Shown: positions 1-11,460 of the stretch, piece by piece
Layout: each line of letters begins with the position of its first letter
How positions within the stretch are numbered: the first letter of the stretch is position 1
Made by a program: the position numbers and the translations under genes
Source of the DNA: Scyliorhinus canicula
Taxonomy: Eukaryota
NCBI RefSeq assembly: GCF_902713615.1
Contig: NC_052161.1
Span: 26,859,908-26,923,907 of the forward strand
Length of the DNA: 64,000 nt
Reading direction: 5' to 3'
The notes under the pieces: generated by a model
The model's database searches: none
Seen by the model: the letters and a program-made list of their open reading frames with translations, nothing else
What the model was told of the DNA's origin: nothing

Positions 1-1630
1 CTTCAGCCAATTTGATTCACTCCATGGTGTCAAGAAATGGCTGAAGGCACTGGATATAGCAAAGACTATCATGGGTACTGACGACACCCCAACTGTTGGT
101 TCTGAAACATATGTTCCAAAACTAGCCATGCGCTTGGCCAAGCTGTTCCAATCTGGATATAACACAGGCGTCTGCCCAACAATGTGGACAATTGGCCAGC
201 TATTTCCTGTTCCCTGAATTTAGGAAAAGTCCGATCTGAACAATTGCTATGCCATCAGACCACTCTCAATCATCAACAAAGTGATTGAAGTGCTTTCCAA
301 ACTGCTATCAAGTGGCATTTACTCAGTAGCAATCTGCTCACTGATGCTCAACTTGGATTATGCCAAGGCCACTTAGTCCCAGGCCTCATTACAGCTTTGA
401 TTCAAACATAGTCAAAAGAGCTAAATTTCAGAGTTGAGATGAGAGTGATTGTCCTTGACATCAAGGTAGCGTTTGATTAACACTGTAATGAAGTTACTGT
501 GAAAAGCCCCTAGTCATCACACTACGGCACCTGTTAGGGTTCAGTGAGGGAAAATTCAGAATTTCCAATTCACCTAACAAGCACACCTTTCAGGACTTGA
601 GGGAGGAAACCAGAGCATCCGGAGGAAACCCACACAGACATGGGGAGAACATGCAGACTCCGCACATACAGTGATCCAAGCCAGGATGCGAACACAGGTC
701 CTTGGCGCTGTGAAGCAACTATGCTAACCACTGTGCTATCATGCTGGCCTCTTCAGCTGATTTATCTATGATCTTCCCTCCATCAGAAGGTGAGGTGTGG
801 ATGTTCAATGGTGATTCACAATGTTCAGTTACATTCTAAATTTCTCAAATACTGAAGCAGTCCATGCCTGCATGCAGTACGACCTGGAAAACCTTCAGTT
901 TGGGCTGCTAAATGTCACGTGTGCCATCAAATGTATGCAAGATCCATCTCCAAAACCACAGAATCCAACCAGCCCTCTTTGCCACCACTAGAATTGCCAA
1001 CTATTAACATTCTGGTGTTTATCATTGACAAAAAAACTTAACTGGACCAACCATATAAATACTTTGGCTGCAAGAAAAGATCAGATTCTGGGAATGCTGT
1101 GGTGGGTAATTCACCTCCTGACTCCCAAGGCCTGTCCACCATCTACAAGGCACAAGTCAGGAGTGTAAATAAATACTCTCCACTCGCCTGGATGCGCATA
1201 GCTCCAACAACATTCAAGCAGTTCGACACAAGACAAAATGGCCTACTTGGTTGTTCCTCCAACCAATGCCATTTGCTCTCTCCATCACTTTACACCATCT
1301 ACAGGATGCACATCAGCAACTCACCAAGGCTCCTTCGACAGCACCTTCTACCACCTAAAGAGATAAGGGCATCAGACACATGGGAACACCACCACCTGTA
1401 ATTTCCCCTCCAAGGCACAGACCATCCTAACTTGGAACTATATCGCAATTACTTCACTGTTGCTGGATCAAAACGCTGGTACTGCCCCTGAACAGCAACA
1501 TGGGTCTAATTAGACCACATGGACTGCAGCAGTTCAAGAAGGCAGCTCACCACCTTACCAAGAGCAATTACGGATGGTAAACAAATTCTGGCCTTGTCAG
1601 TGAGGCTCACATCCCAAGAATTAATAAATA
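1..1630 (+). mobile_element. decayed CR1/L2-type LINE 3' fragment, interrupted by a SINE at ~480-750
   Basis: RT-like remnants (e.g. LAKLFQ; LSTIYKAQVRS..YSPLAW) and the 3' tail ...cacatcccaagaattaataaa shared with other fragments in the window. Confidence 0.75.
480..750 (-). mobile_element. tRNA-derived V-SINE (HE1-like) with GACTAGGGGCTTTTCACAGTAACTTCATT tail
   Basis: tRNA-like head with box A/B, conserved GGGTTTCCTCCGG core, distinct tail. Confidence 0.8.
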
Positions 1631-2752
1631 ATTCTTCGCAGTGGACATCTGAAGATACTAATTGTTTGTCTGCTAAACACTAGCTATGGAGATCTAGGTT
1701 AACTGTATGGCCTGGAAATTCCATGAGCCAGATCGCCTCGCACTTAGGTTTGGATTGTGTCCATTCGGAACTCCATTGTTGACCCAGGTCAGCCTTAGGA
1801 GGCCAAGAAAAGATTCTCCAAGATTGTGTGTCCATGTCATGAGCAACATATTCAATGTGTTGCTGGCTGGGTCAACAGTGTCATGAATCCTTCATAGAAG
1901 GACCTCACATCTGATACGGAGGCAGTAAGAGCACTTGGTGGAATCATGTCTAGCTGCACTGACCATACCCTGGATGCTAGTGAAAGCCTGGGTATGGCAA
2001 ATCTGACAAAATTACCTGCTCATAACTTCAACCCTGTAAGTGCCACTTTTGATGAGAACCTTGAGGGAGAAATGCATCCTTACACCCAACCCTTCCTTGA
2101 ATGCATATTCAGCTGTGGATTTTGGGACCATCAGGTGACATTTTTTCCAAACATGACCTGACCGGCCAGCCGGGTATATCTCCTATCTTGTACAAGGTGC
2201 ACTCAGATATGGATAAACAATCAAAGTCCATTTCAGCAGGTTATATGAATATATCTTATACTTAGTCCAATATATGGGAGAGAATTGTATCTGAAGCCTG
2301 TCAAACAGAATCCAATATTCCATCATTGGGAGATATTCATGATTAATATAATGACATTTTAACTGTGGCAAGCTAGATTAATTACTTAAGGATTCCAACT
2401 TCCTTCTAACTTTTCCAATTGCCTTTTGTGGCTAGTTTGGCCCAGTATAATTCAAACCATGAAGCTGAAAACGACCCTCACAGCTCTAAATGTGCATTGA
2501 CGTTGGAGAAGACATTGCAGAGCATAGAGTTGTGTGACTGAAGTCCTGTGGGGCTACTGGGCAGTATTATATCCACTCACCAAAATTAATTCCTACAAAT
2601 GGCTTCATGCTTCTGAAACACAATTCTACATCAAGAGGCTGGAATACTACGAGTAAATGGTTTTATTGTGGATTGACTACTATAATGGAAATGGTTTAAC
2701 TGCTCAACTATGAATAGATTTGCATTACAGTTAGTGTGAAGAGCGATATTAC

Positions 2753-2872
2753 CTATTTCACACAGTTCTCCTTTGAACAAGCCTGGGCAGTTGCAGTTGA
2801 AGGTTCCTTTCTTTTTTCCAGCCCTGCACGATGCTCCATGTTTACAAGGATTGGGGGTACATGGCGAGGTTG
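2753..2872 (-). CDS. habp2: habp2 EGF3 exon (ATSPCTPNPCKHGASCRAGKKKGTFNCNCPGLFKGELCEI)
   Basis: Matches the HABP2 EGF3 pattern C.PNPC..GA.C...basic..F.C.CP..FKG..CEIG; acceptor ctttccag, donor G|GTAAT, 120 nt. Confidence 0.95.
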   Translation of the reverse strand, partial: QPRHVPPILVNMEHRAGLEKRKEPSTATAQACSKENCVK

Positions 2873-3880
2873 CTGGAAAGGCATAATGGTCAAAAATAAT
2901 TATTTTAGAGAAAAATGTGAAATGAACATTGGAAAAATGTAGAAACGTACAGAGATCCACCCAAAACCACGTAGTGAAACATTAACATGAGAAACATCGG
3001 CCATTCATCTGAACTAGAATCTGGGCAGGAGAATCAAAACCTTTCAACGGACTGACAAAGTGCAGTGAGAAGAGAGAGCAACAGGCGAAAGTCCACAATC
3101 CGCTGTTCAATAATTGTTACAAAGAAATGTTCAATCTGCAAACAAGTGTTAACAATGATGGAAGCGAATTGGGTTACGGGCAAGCATTAGAAATCTACAA
3201 GGAAACTGAAGGCAGATCAGTCATCTAGTCAAAAGGCATTAGAAGGACAAATGTAGTAAAAACAGTCGCTGGATAAATGATCATGAAATGGAACATGGAT
3301 GAGAGAAACAGAGAGGAAAATAGGGAATGATGAAAAGTCACGACCTGAAATAAGAGGACAGAACTTTTTTGAAGTGGTAATTCGCTGTCAGATTGCCACT
3401 CCGCTCCAGGTCGGCAGCTGCACATCCCTCACCCGAGATTCCGGCGCAGGTCTGGTGAGAAACATGCAGAGCAGAGATCCAGAGTCCTTCCAGGGCAGAG
3501 CAGCATCATGAGGGGTGGGGGGGGGGGGGGGGGGGGGGAGTGAAGCCAGGCTCACGTTTCACAGCACTAGCTGCTCCAAAATGGGTACAAGGTCCCAGCT
3601 AAGCTGAGAAGCCAGGGAGGAGAGAATTGTGTAAGGTAAATGGGAGAAGAATTAGGGTGTTCAGGGTGTAGGGTCTCCTTGATTAACCCATGTCTTTCCC
3701 AATGAAACTTCATTTGGTTCCAATAACAGCCCCCTCACTGATGTTAGGCAGACTGGCCTATAGTTTCCTGGTTTACTCCTCTATCCTTCCCTGAATAGTG
3801 GTAATTTGTCACTTTTACTATTCGGAAGCCAAAAGAGTGGCCGCCTGTTTCACCCATGGTCTGATTATATTTTTCCATTT

Positions 3881-4197
3881 GAACATAGAACATAGAACGT
3901 AGAACATACAGTGTCATTCAGCCCATCGAGTCTGCACCAACCCACTTAAGCCCTCACTTCTACTCTATCCCCGTAACCCAAGAACCCCTCCTAACATTTT
4001 TGGACACTAAGAGCGATTTATCATGGCCAATCCACCTAACCTGCACATCTGGACTGTGGGAGGAAACTGGAGAACCTGGAGGAAACCCACGGGGAGAACG
4101 TGCAGACTCTGCACAGACAGTGACCCAGCGGCCAATCGAACCTGGGACCCTGGTGCTGTGAAGCCACAGCGCTAGCCACTTGTGCTACCGTGCTGCC
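3881..4197 (-). mobile_element. HE1-like V-SINE with CR1-type (TTCTATG)n tail
   Basis: GGCAGCACGGTAGCAC head, V core, tandem agaacat tail. Confidence 0.85.
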
Positions 4198-4345
4198 AAC
4201 CTGCTCATTGCTTACCCATCCAAACTCAGCACCACGTAGCCATGACAAACTGTGAATGGGAGATAGCAAGTCAAATATTTCGTCCATCATTTCCAAATAT
4301 CAATAGATTAGACGACTCAGAATAATAAACAGTATTGAGCCTTAC

Positions 4346-4462
4346 CTTTTTTGCATGATGGTGGTACGTATGGGTGTTTACATTTGCATTTATAATACGG
4401 TGGATTGGATTGGATAACACATTCTCCATTTTTGCATGTGATTTTTTTACACGGATCGTTTA
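4346..4462 (-). CDS. habp2: habp2 EGF2 exon (VNDPCKKITCKNGECVIQSNPPYYKCKCKHPYVPPSCKK)
   Basis: Diagnostic PPYYxCxCKHPY motif of HABP2 EGF2; acceptor tgttgcag, donor G|GTAAG, 117 nt. Confidence 0.95.
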
Positions 4463-4900
4463 CTGCAACAAAGAAATAATCTCTGGTAACATTTTGCATT
4501 CCGTCGTAACTCATTCACCTTGCCGATTTAAATCAGCATATGAAAGATAAAACTTTGTTTTTATTAGTGCTATCTTAACAATAAATTATTACATAAGTAT
4601 AGGAAGTAGGATCCCCCCCCCCCCCCCCCCCCCCCCCAGACACCTGGTGTGGTGGGATGGTAAATCCCGCCCATGGTGTTTTGCATGACTCAGCCTTCCT
4701 ACCACCAGGGAACCTGTCACGGTGGGTGGGGGGCGGGTGGTGGGGGGAGTGATCGCCAGAAAATCCCAACCGATATCTTCTGTATTATTATAATTCTGTA
4801 CAACGTAATTATGTATGACAATTATTTTGATTTGCTTTTAGAAAGTTTCAATTTTTGTTTCATCCTGGTCGATTTTTGGCTTTCATAGAATTGAATAACA

Positions 4901-5217
4901 TCACAGAATCCCTACAGTGCAGAAAGAGGCCATTCGGCCCATCGGGTCTGCACTGACCATCTGAAAGGGCACCTCACCCAGGCCCATTCCTCTGCCCTAT
5001 CCCCATAACCCCACCGAACCTGCACAACCCTGGACACTATCCGTAATTTTATCATGGCCAGTCCACCTAAACTGCATTGGACTGTAGGAGGAAACCCACG
5101 CAGAAACGGAAGGAAATTGCAAACTCCACACAGACAGTTACTTGGAGGTCGGAATCGAACCCGGGTCCCTGGAGCTGTGAGGCAGCAGTGCTAACCACTG
5201 TGCCATCATACTGCCCC
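4901..5217 (-). mobile_element. HE1-like V-SINE
   Basis: Same head, core and tail as the other copies. Confidence 0.85.
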
Positions 5218-5529
5218 GATGGCTTCATATGAAGGCTTGAGATGTTTATGATCTGTTTTCGTTGGGGACAGCGCAAAGAAGATTGGAGCCTTAACAAGCT
5301 GCAACACAGCTTGGAGCCGTACCGGCTTAATCCTACAAGTAGCTGAGTTCCCTATCTCAATTGTTTTTCAGGCTATGATTGGGGGAGGAGTGTTGCAAAG
5401 GCACAGTGATCGGTACAAATGCTACAAATACTATTCATTAATTCCATATAACCAGGGAACTATTGACATTTTTGAGGGCATTCCTTTAGAATAATCATCA
5501 ATGTTATTGCAAGATAATGACATTATTAC

Positions 5530-5637
5530 CTTTTTGACAATTCCGTCCATTAAATGGGCGAGGACATAGGCAGAGATAACCTGAAGAAGTTGCTTCGCAG
5601 GTTCCCTGATTGCGGCAAGGATTTGAAAGACAAGGAT
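5530..5637 (-). CDS. habp2: habp2 EGF1 exon (DPCLSNPCRNQGTCEATSSGYLCLCPRPFNGRNCQK)
   Basis: Six-Cys EGF, acceptor cttctag, donor G|GTAAT, 108 nt, phase 1-1. Confidence 0.93.
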
Positions 5638-5803
5638 CTAGAAGAATGTTGCTTTTGTTAATATTAGCTTCATAATGGTCACACAACTTTTTTCATTGTT
5701 AATAGAATCCCTTTAGCAAAATAAATTATTTCAATGGATAAATATTGGTCAATGTCACTGCCTGATGTCAGTGTTGCTGGAGAACAATATCATTTCACCA
5801 GGT

Positions 5804-5935
5804 AAAAGCAAAACTCTGCAGATGCTGCAAATCTGAAATAAAAACAGGAAATGCTAAATAAACTCAGCAGCTCAGGCAGCATCTGTGGAGAGAAACAGAG
5901 TTAATGTTTCAGATCTAAATGGACCCTCCACAGTT
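5804..5935. repeat. short dispersed repeat (probably Penelope-like terminal sequence)
   Basis: aaatgct..actcagcag..ggcagcatctgtggagagaaacagagttaa; inverted copy at ~9073-9160 and direct copy at ~19965-20110. Confidence 0.55.
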
Positions 5936-5953
5936 CTGTGGCAGGATCCTTTA

Positions 5954-8900
5954 GGGCTGGATTTTGAGCCCGCGCTAGCCACCAGCGAGAATGGTGATGC
6001 AGGCCTGAAATCCCACCAGTGTCAGGGCGAGAATCGCGTTTCCCGATTTTCCATGCCCCTCACCGATGACATAATGGAGTTCCTGCCCTCATTTAAATAC
6101 ATTTCCATCTGATCAGCGAGCCCACCTGCCAGGACTTGGTAAATATTCAATGCGCATCAGCGTGACGTAACGGCAGCACAATTTGCAAAAGGTGCATTAA
6201 AAACGAGAAGCAGGTGATTTCACCTCCAAAAGGGGGTATTAGAGGTGAGTGTCTAGGTCACCATCACCCTCCAGGGTGTCAATTGGTAAGGGGCACCAGA
6301 GAGGATATGCGGGGACCCAAATAAATGGAACTCGGGTAGAGGGAAAGAGGGAACACGTCTCAGCATTTTGGGGGGTGTTGCTCACAGGGCTGAGCGGCCC
6401 TTTGTTGGCTGCGAACCTCTGAATCCCAAGGGGTCTGACGGCTGGCATCCAAGGATGAAGGCTTCTGCAAATTGTTGTCTCAACATTATTCAGGTGTTCC
6501 TTGCCTGCCACAGGCCAGCTGCCCTTCCTTGACAAACCACTTGAGCTAATTTAGTCAGTCCTGCAATGCTTGAGTGCACCACTGATTAGTTCCCAAGTTT
6601 AACCCCTTGGGAGCCAGACTCCTAAACATTGAACATCAAGGCTTAAACAGAGAGGTGTCACAGATGTCGCTACTAATGAAAGTGGGGATGGTAGCAGCAC
6701 TTATCAGTCACCCCATTTAGGACATGATGGGTGGCAGTCCCTCGTTTCCCCCTGAGGTGAATGCAAATCAATTGAAGTCAACTGCCCTCAGTGCTCAATC
6801 TTCCGGGGGCTAATGGCCCATCGAGTCTCTCAAGGGTCGAGTTGCTTCTGTCAGGTAGAATTGTGAGGGACGACTGTGGGTGATTGGCCAGTGTGTGAGA
6901 GAGGAGGGAGTGAGGCTCATTGGAAAGATGCTCGCATAGAGGAATGTGCATGGGTGGATGTCCCAGATCTTGAGAGGGCGGTTGATCAGTGCATAATCAA
7001 GAAATTTATTGCTCACTTTTAAGTTCTCTTCCTTTCAGTTATCGATTTGAGAGAGTCATGGAGGCAGTCGAGCTAACTGTCCATTTGGTAGCTGTGGAGC
7101 CCCTGCTGCGGTGTTGACGTGCAGTTGCACACAACCAGGACCAGCACCCCGCAGAGATGGGGCGGAGCCCATCTACCGGCTGCAGGGCCACGGATGCCGG
7201 AGCCTCAGAGGAAAACACTACTGGTCATGGGTCTATCGCCAGAAAACGTTCTACCTCCAAATGTCAGAGGTGTAGCACCAGCGAAGGCTGCGTCTGTCAC
7301 AGGAGATGGTGGGCCAACTTTGCCAGGTGACGCAAGAGTTGACACCACATGGACTTTGAGCCACTCATTGCCTGTGACTTTGAAAGTTACTGCAGCTCCG
7401 AACCTCTACGCCAGTGGCTTGTTTCAGGGTTGCACGGGTGATCTGTGTGTTATCTCCCAGTCAGCAGCGCACAATTGAATAAGGGAGTGACAGATACACC
7501 ATTCATAAACCGCAAGCGATTCCACTCCCTCAATGTTCAGATTGTGTGTGACCACACCATGTGCACCATGCAGGTGTGTGCCCGTTTCCCAGGGACATCC
7601 ATAATAATCACATCATGCAGCACTCGCAGATCCCAGCTGTCTTTCAGGCAGAGCAGTGGCTGAAGGGATGGCCCCTGAAGGAATAAGGGTACCCTCTCAG
7701 GAGGTGACACCAATGCTGAGAGGTCCCAGACAACCCCTGAGGCTCGGTACATCAACGCTCACGTGTCAACGCACACGCCGCTCACGCAGGCAATGGCCTG
7801 CTCCAGATGCATTTCAGGTGCCTGGAGGAGGCCCCACATCATGGTACTTTGCTGAGCTCTGCACAACCTGGCACTGCAGCAGAGAGGGAGAGCAGCTGGA
7901 CCAGAAGGAGGTGGAGGAGCACCACACCTTCTTGTATGAGGAGAAAGCCGAGGCTGGTGGCAAGGGGAGGAAGGATCTTGGGCGATGGTCAGGGCCTGCA
8001 TGAGATGCAAGGCTAGGGACGCTTACTGCCTCTTGGTTTGGGGACGACTGGGGCTAGGGTGTCAAGGCATCTCCCACCAAGGTGGTCTTACACCTTCTCA
8101 CTACTGTGGTGTCTGAGGTCATTGTGATGGTCACACCATTCACGGCAGGGCACTAAAGCGATGGATTGGGTGCTGCAGGAGAATGACGATAACTTGCAAT
8201 GAGGACAGAGCAATGCTCCACTTTCTGCTGTGATAAGGTCTGACTCCTCCCTGACAGAGAGCTGAACGTGATGGGCCACTGGATGGTGTGATCTAGGGAC
8301 CCTGAGAGGATGGCTGACATACCTCAGCTTCTGCTGCCTCTTCCGAGGTCATGGGGCCTCTGTGTGTTTCTCCAGCTGCTGTCAAGGTGGACAGACTCTC
8401 ACATGTTTTCAGCCAATGGCATCCTCATTACTAAAGAATGTCAGTAGACATGAGAGGCCTGTGCTTTGCTGTGGTGGGGGATGTGCCTGGGGGACCCATA
8501 CCAGGAGCCACACGGCATGACTGCATTGGCAGTGTGACGGAGACAGTGTGAGAGAGTGTGTTAAAGGGTGCTGAAGGACACATGAGAAGGCAGAGATACC
8601 CTGGCTGCATGAAGACAGTCATTCATCTTCTTCCGGCACTGCAGCCCTGTCCTCTTACGGGGTGAGCTGGCCCTCACAACTGTGGCCACAGCCCCCACCC
8701 CCCAGACGGGGTAGGTCACTTTGCTGACAGGCCACCTCCCCGATTGAAGGTTGTGGGTCTGCAGCCTCTGCTGAACACCATACAGAAGCATTCTGAGTGT
8801 TCCCTTGGTGCAGCCACCCCCCCTGATTGGACTTGGAACTTGGAGAGGTGTTTGGTGCACCCGACTGACGGCAGCCATTAAGTCGCGGCAGGGCGGGGCG

Positions 8901-9068
8901 AGTGAATCGGCGCAATCCACCACTGGCGCGGTGTGAAACTCTAGGAATTAAGTTTTTTGTTGAGGAAGCTGAATATACTGCGTCTTTTCTCTCCAACGGG
9001 GCCAACGGGATTCTCTCCGGTTTTCTCGCCTGGATCGAGACTTTGAAGAAAATCTGAAAATTCCGCCC
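5954..9068 (+). mobile_element. decayed PIF/Harbinger DNA transposon (HARBI1-like transposase on +, Myb/SANT-like ORF on -)
   Basis: TIR-like ends GGGCTGGATTTT...AAAATTCCGCCC. Transposase remnants LKVTAA.NLYASG.FQG..GDLC.ISQSAAH and FINRK.FHSLNVQIVCDH...CARFPG at ~7370-7600. RKRTGLQCRKKMND on the minus strand at ~8620-8660. Confidence 0.8.
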
Positions 9069-9534
9069 ATCAATTCATGTTTCCCTCCAGCCAGACTTGC
9101 TGAGTTTATCCAGCATTTTCTGATTTCACTACATTTGGATTTAGTAATTCTATTCTGCAATTTGTGAACACTAATAATGGCCAGCAGCTATTTTATATTC
9201 TGCATTATTATCCTGTGGCAATATATATCGAAAGACAATTTCTTCAAGTAAATTGGGAAAACCCCACTGTGTACTCTGGGAGATTGAAGTAAGCACTGAG
9301 GAATTGCCACTAGTTTTTAGAGATTCTCATAGAGTCATTACATGATTGAAGGAGGCCATTTAATACATCAAGTATTGGATTCTGTTGGAATTATGGTGAT
9401 AGATTAGGAGCAGTGCCATGGAAATTGTAGGGCTTGTTATCCTGAAGCGTAAAAAGGGATGCTTCCTATGACATGAATGTGAAATTTAACCAAAACTGCC
9501 CCAGCTCTCTCAGGCTCAGGACTGCAGATGGGAA

Positions 9535-10682
9535 AGGATATATTTGCCATTGTGGGAGTGCAGCGGAGGTTCACTAGGCTGATACTGGGTTTGACGGGAC
9601 TGTCCTATGAGGAGAGATTGGTTCCATTGTGCCTGTATTCACTCGGGTTTAGAAGGACGAGATGAGATCTGATCGAAACACATAAAATTCTACCAGAGCC
9701 GGATAGACTAGAAGGGAGGATGTTTTCCCTGTGTCATGTGAGAGTATCTTTAAGAAATGGGTGTTTATAAATGGGTGTGTATATAAATATCTGTAGTGAG
9801 AGTACCTTTAAGAAATTAGTATTTACTACTGCAGTAATGTCAGAGAGTGGGTGGAGCTGGGCTGTCTGTCAGCTTTTTCATTTTCTTTTAGGCTGTTTGC
9901 TGCAGGGTGTGTTTTAGTTTCGTTTTCAGTGTTGGAGCTGAAGCCAGACCAAGCAGGTGTACTGTTGTTCTCTCTGACATCAAAAGCCTATCTCCTGATC
10001 ATTTGATGAATTCAGAATTCTAAATGTTTTCAGTAGTGAATGTAAACCGAATGTGCTTCTGTTAAAAGGTGTTTTTTAAAGTCATATGGATGTTGAAAAG
10101 GAAAGGTTAAAGGATTACTTAGCGTTGTAGTCTTTGGGGGTTGTATTTGAATTAATGGTTGCTAAGATGTCCCCTGTATGTTTTAAAAAGGCTAACGAGT
10201 TCATAGAATGAACATTGTTTTGCTTTAAAAAATAACTTTTCCATTCTGCTGTACCACACCTGTAGAGTGGGTCGTGTGCTCCCCATACCCCAATCTAGTA
10301 AAAGTTGTGGGTCAGGTGAACTCCATGATGCACTTTGGGGTTCTCTAAACCCTGGCCCATAACACCTGGTTGAGGAATCTAGAACCATGCGACACAGTCT
10401 CAGGACACAGGTTACACAATATAGGACTGAGATGAGGAAACATTTCTTCACTCAAATGATAAAAAACCTATGGAATTCTCTACCACAGGAGGCTGTGGAG
10501 GCCAGGTCACTGAATGTGTTCAAGAAAGAGAGAGGTAATTTCTTTTAGATTTTAATGACGTCAAGGGGTATGGGGAGAAAGCGGGAACATGGCACAAAGA
10601 TAGAGGATCAGCCATGATCATATTGAATGGTGGAGCAGGCTCGTAGGGCCGAATAACCCACTCCTGCTCCTAGTTTCTATAA
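9535..10682 (+). mobile_element. CR1 (HER1-like) LINE 3' fragment split by a solo LTR
   Basis: VQRRFTRLI..L.GLSYEER-type RT C-terminus and CR1 3' tail gggccgaat..ctcctgctcctagtttctat. Confidence 0.8.
9732..10364 (+). mobile_element. solo LTR of the Gmr1-type family
   Basis: TGTCATG...CATAACA ends, 4-bp TSD CCTG, inverted homology to the LTR at 11461-12033. Confidence 0.9.
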
Positions 10683-11460
10683 GATTTGATGATCTGAAAC
10701 ACATTAGGCAGGATAAAACACCATCTCACCCTTTTGTTCTTAGTTCTCCCTGGGCAATAGTACACTCTTTATTGTCTAATATTAGAAGCTATACGACCAC
10801 TCTTGCACATCACAGTCTGCTTAAAGAAAGGATCTTATCACATGTCCCTTTTTTGCACACACATCCCTAATACTCCTCTTTCACTTTAACAGGATGCTAT
10901 TGTGTTACCTCCTATATTGTACTCCATTATCGGCTGGTAGATAATTACCTCCTTTCACAGGTTAGCAGTAGCAAAAGCAATGTGTGCAGAATGCATAAAG
11001 AAGTTATAGATTCAGAGGGGACAGCTTCAAACCAAGGACTTATCTGTATTAGAAGCAGTTTATGAAGCTGATTGAGTTCAATGGGAGAAGGCATGGTCAG
11101 GAGCACAATGCCGGAACCAAATTAATGACTACTGAATGATACAGTCACTAGTGTAATGTTTACCTATTATTCCGAGAGATACACTACAATATCAGGGAGA
11201 GATATTCTGAGGATGAGGAGAATGAGAGTTGGATTCTCACCTTCTTTATTGGCCATGAGGATGATCAGGATGAGGAGGTTGATGTTGAGAAGTGAGAGAA
11301 AGGCGCTATCACACTCTTTCATATGTCCCTGGGTCTGTTCTATGCTCCTTTGTCACAAACTCAACACTGTCAACTTTTCACTTCAAACCACCATCTCGGA
11401 TATATTCACTCAAGAAGGTGTGTGTGTGTATCTGTCTGTGTATTTGTGTGTTATGTGTGT

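Noticed and set aside
1-2750. habp2 kringle exon
   Set aside because: No CY.G.G..YRG motif found on the minus strand; it presumably lies outside the window
3513-3538. Long G/C homopolymers (also ~4614, 26355, 58187, 59962) as functional G-quadruplexes
   Set aside because: They lie mostly within repeats, and homopolymer lengths are unreliable in assemblies
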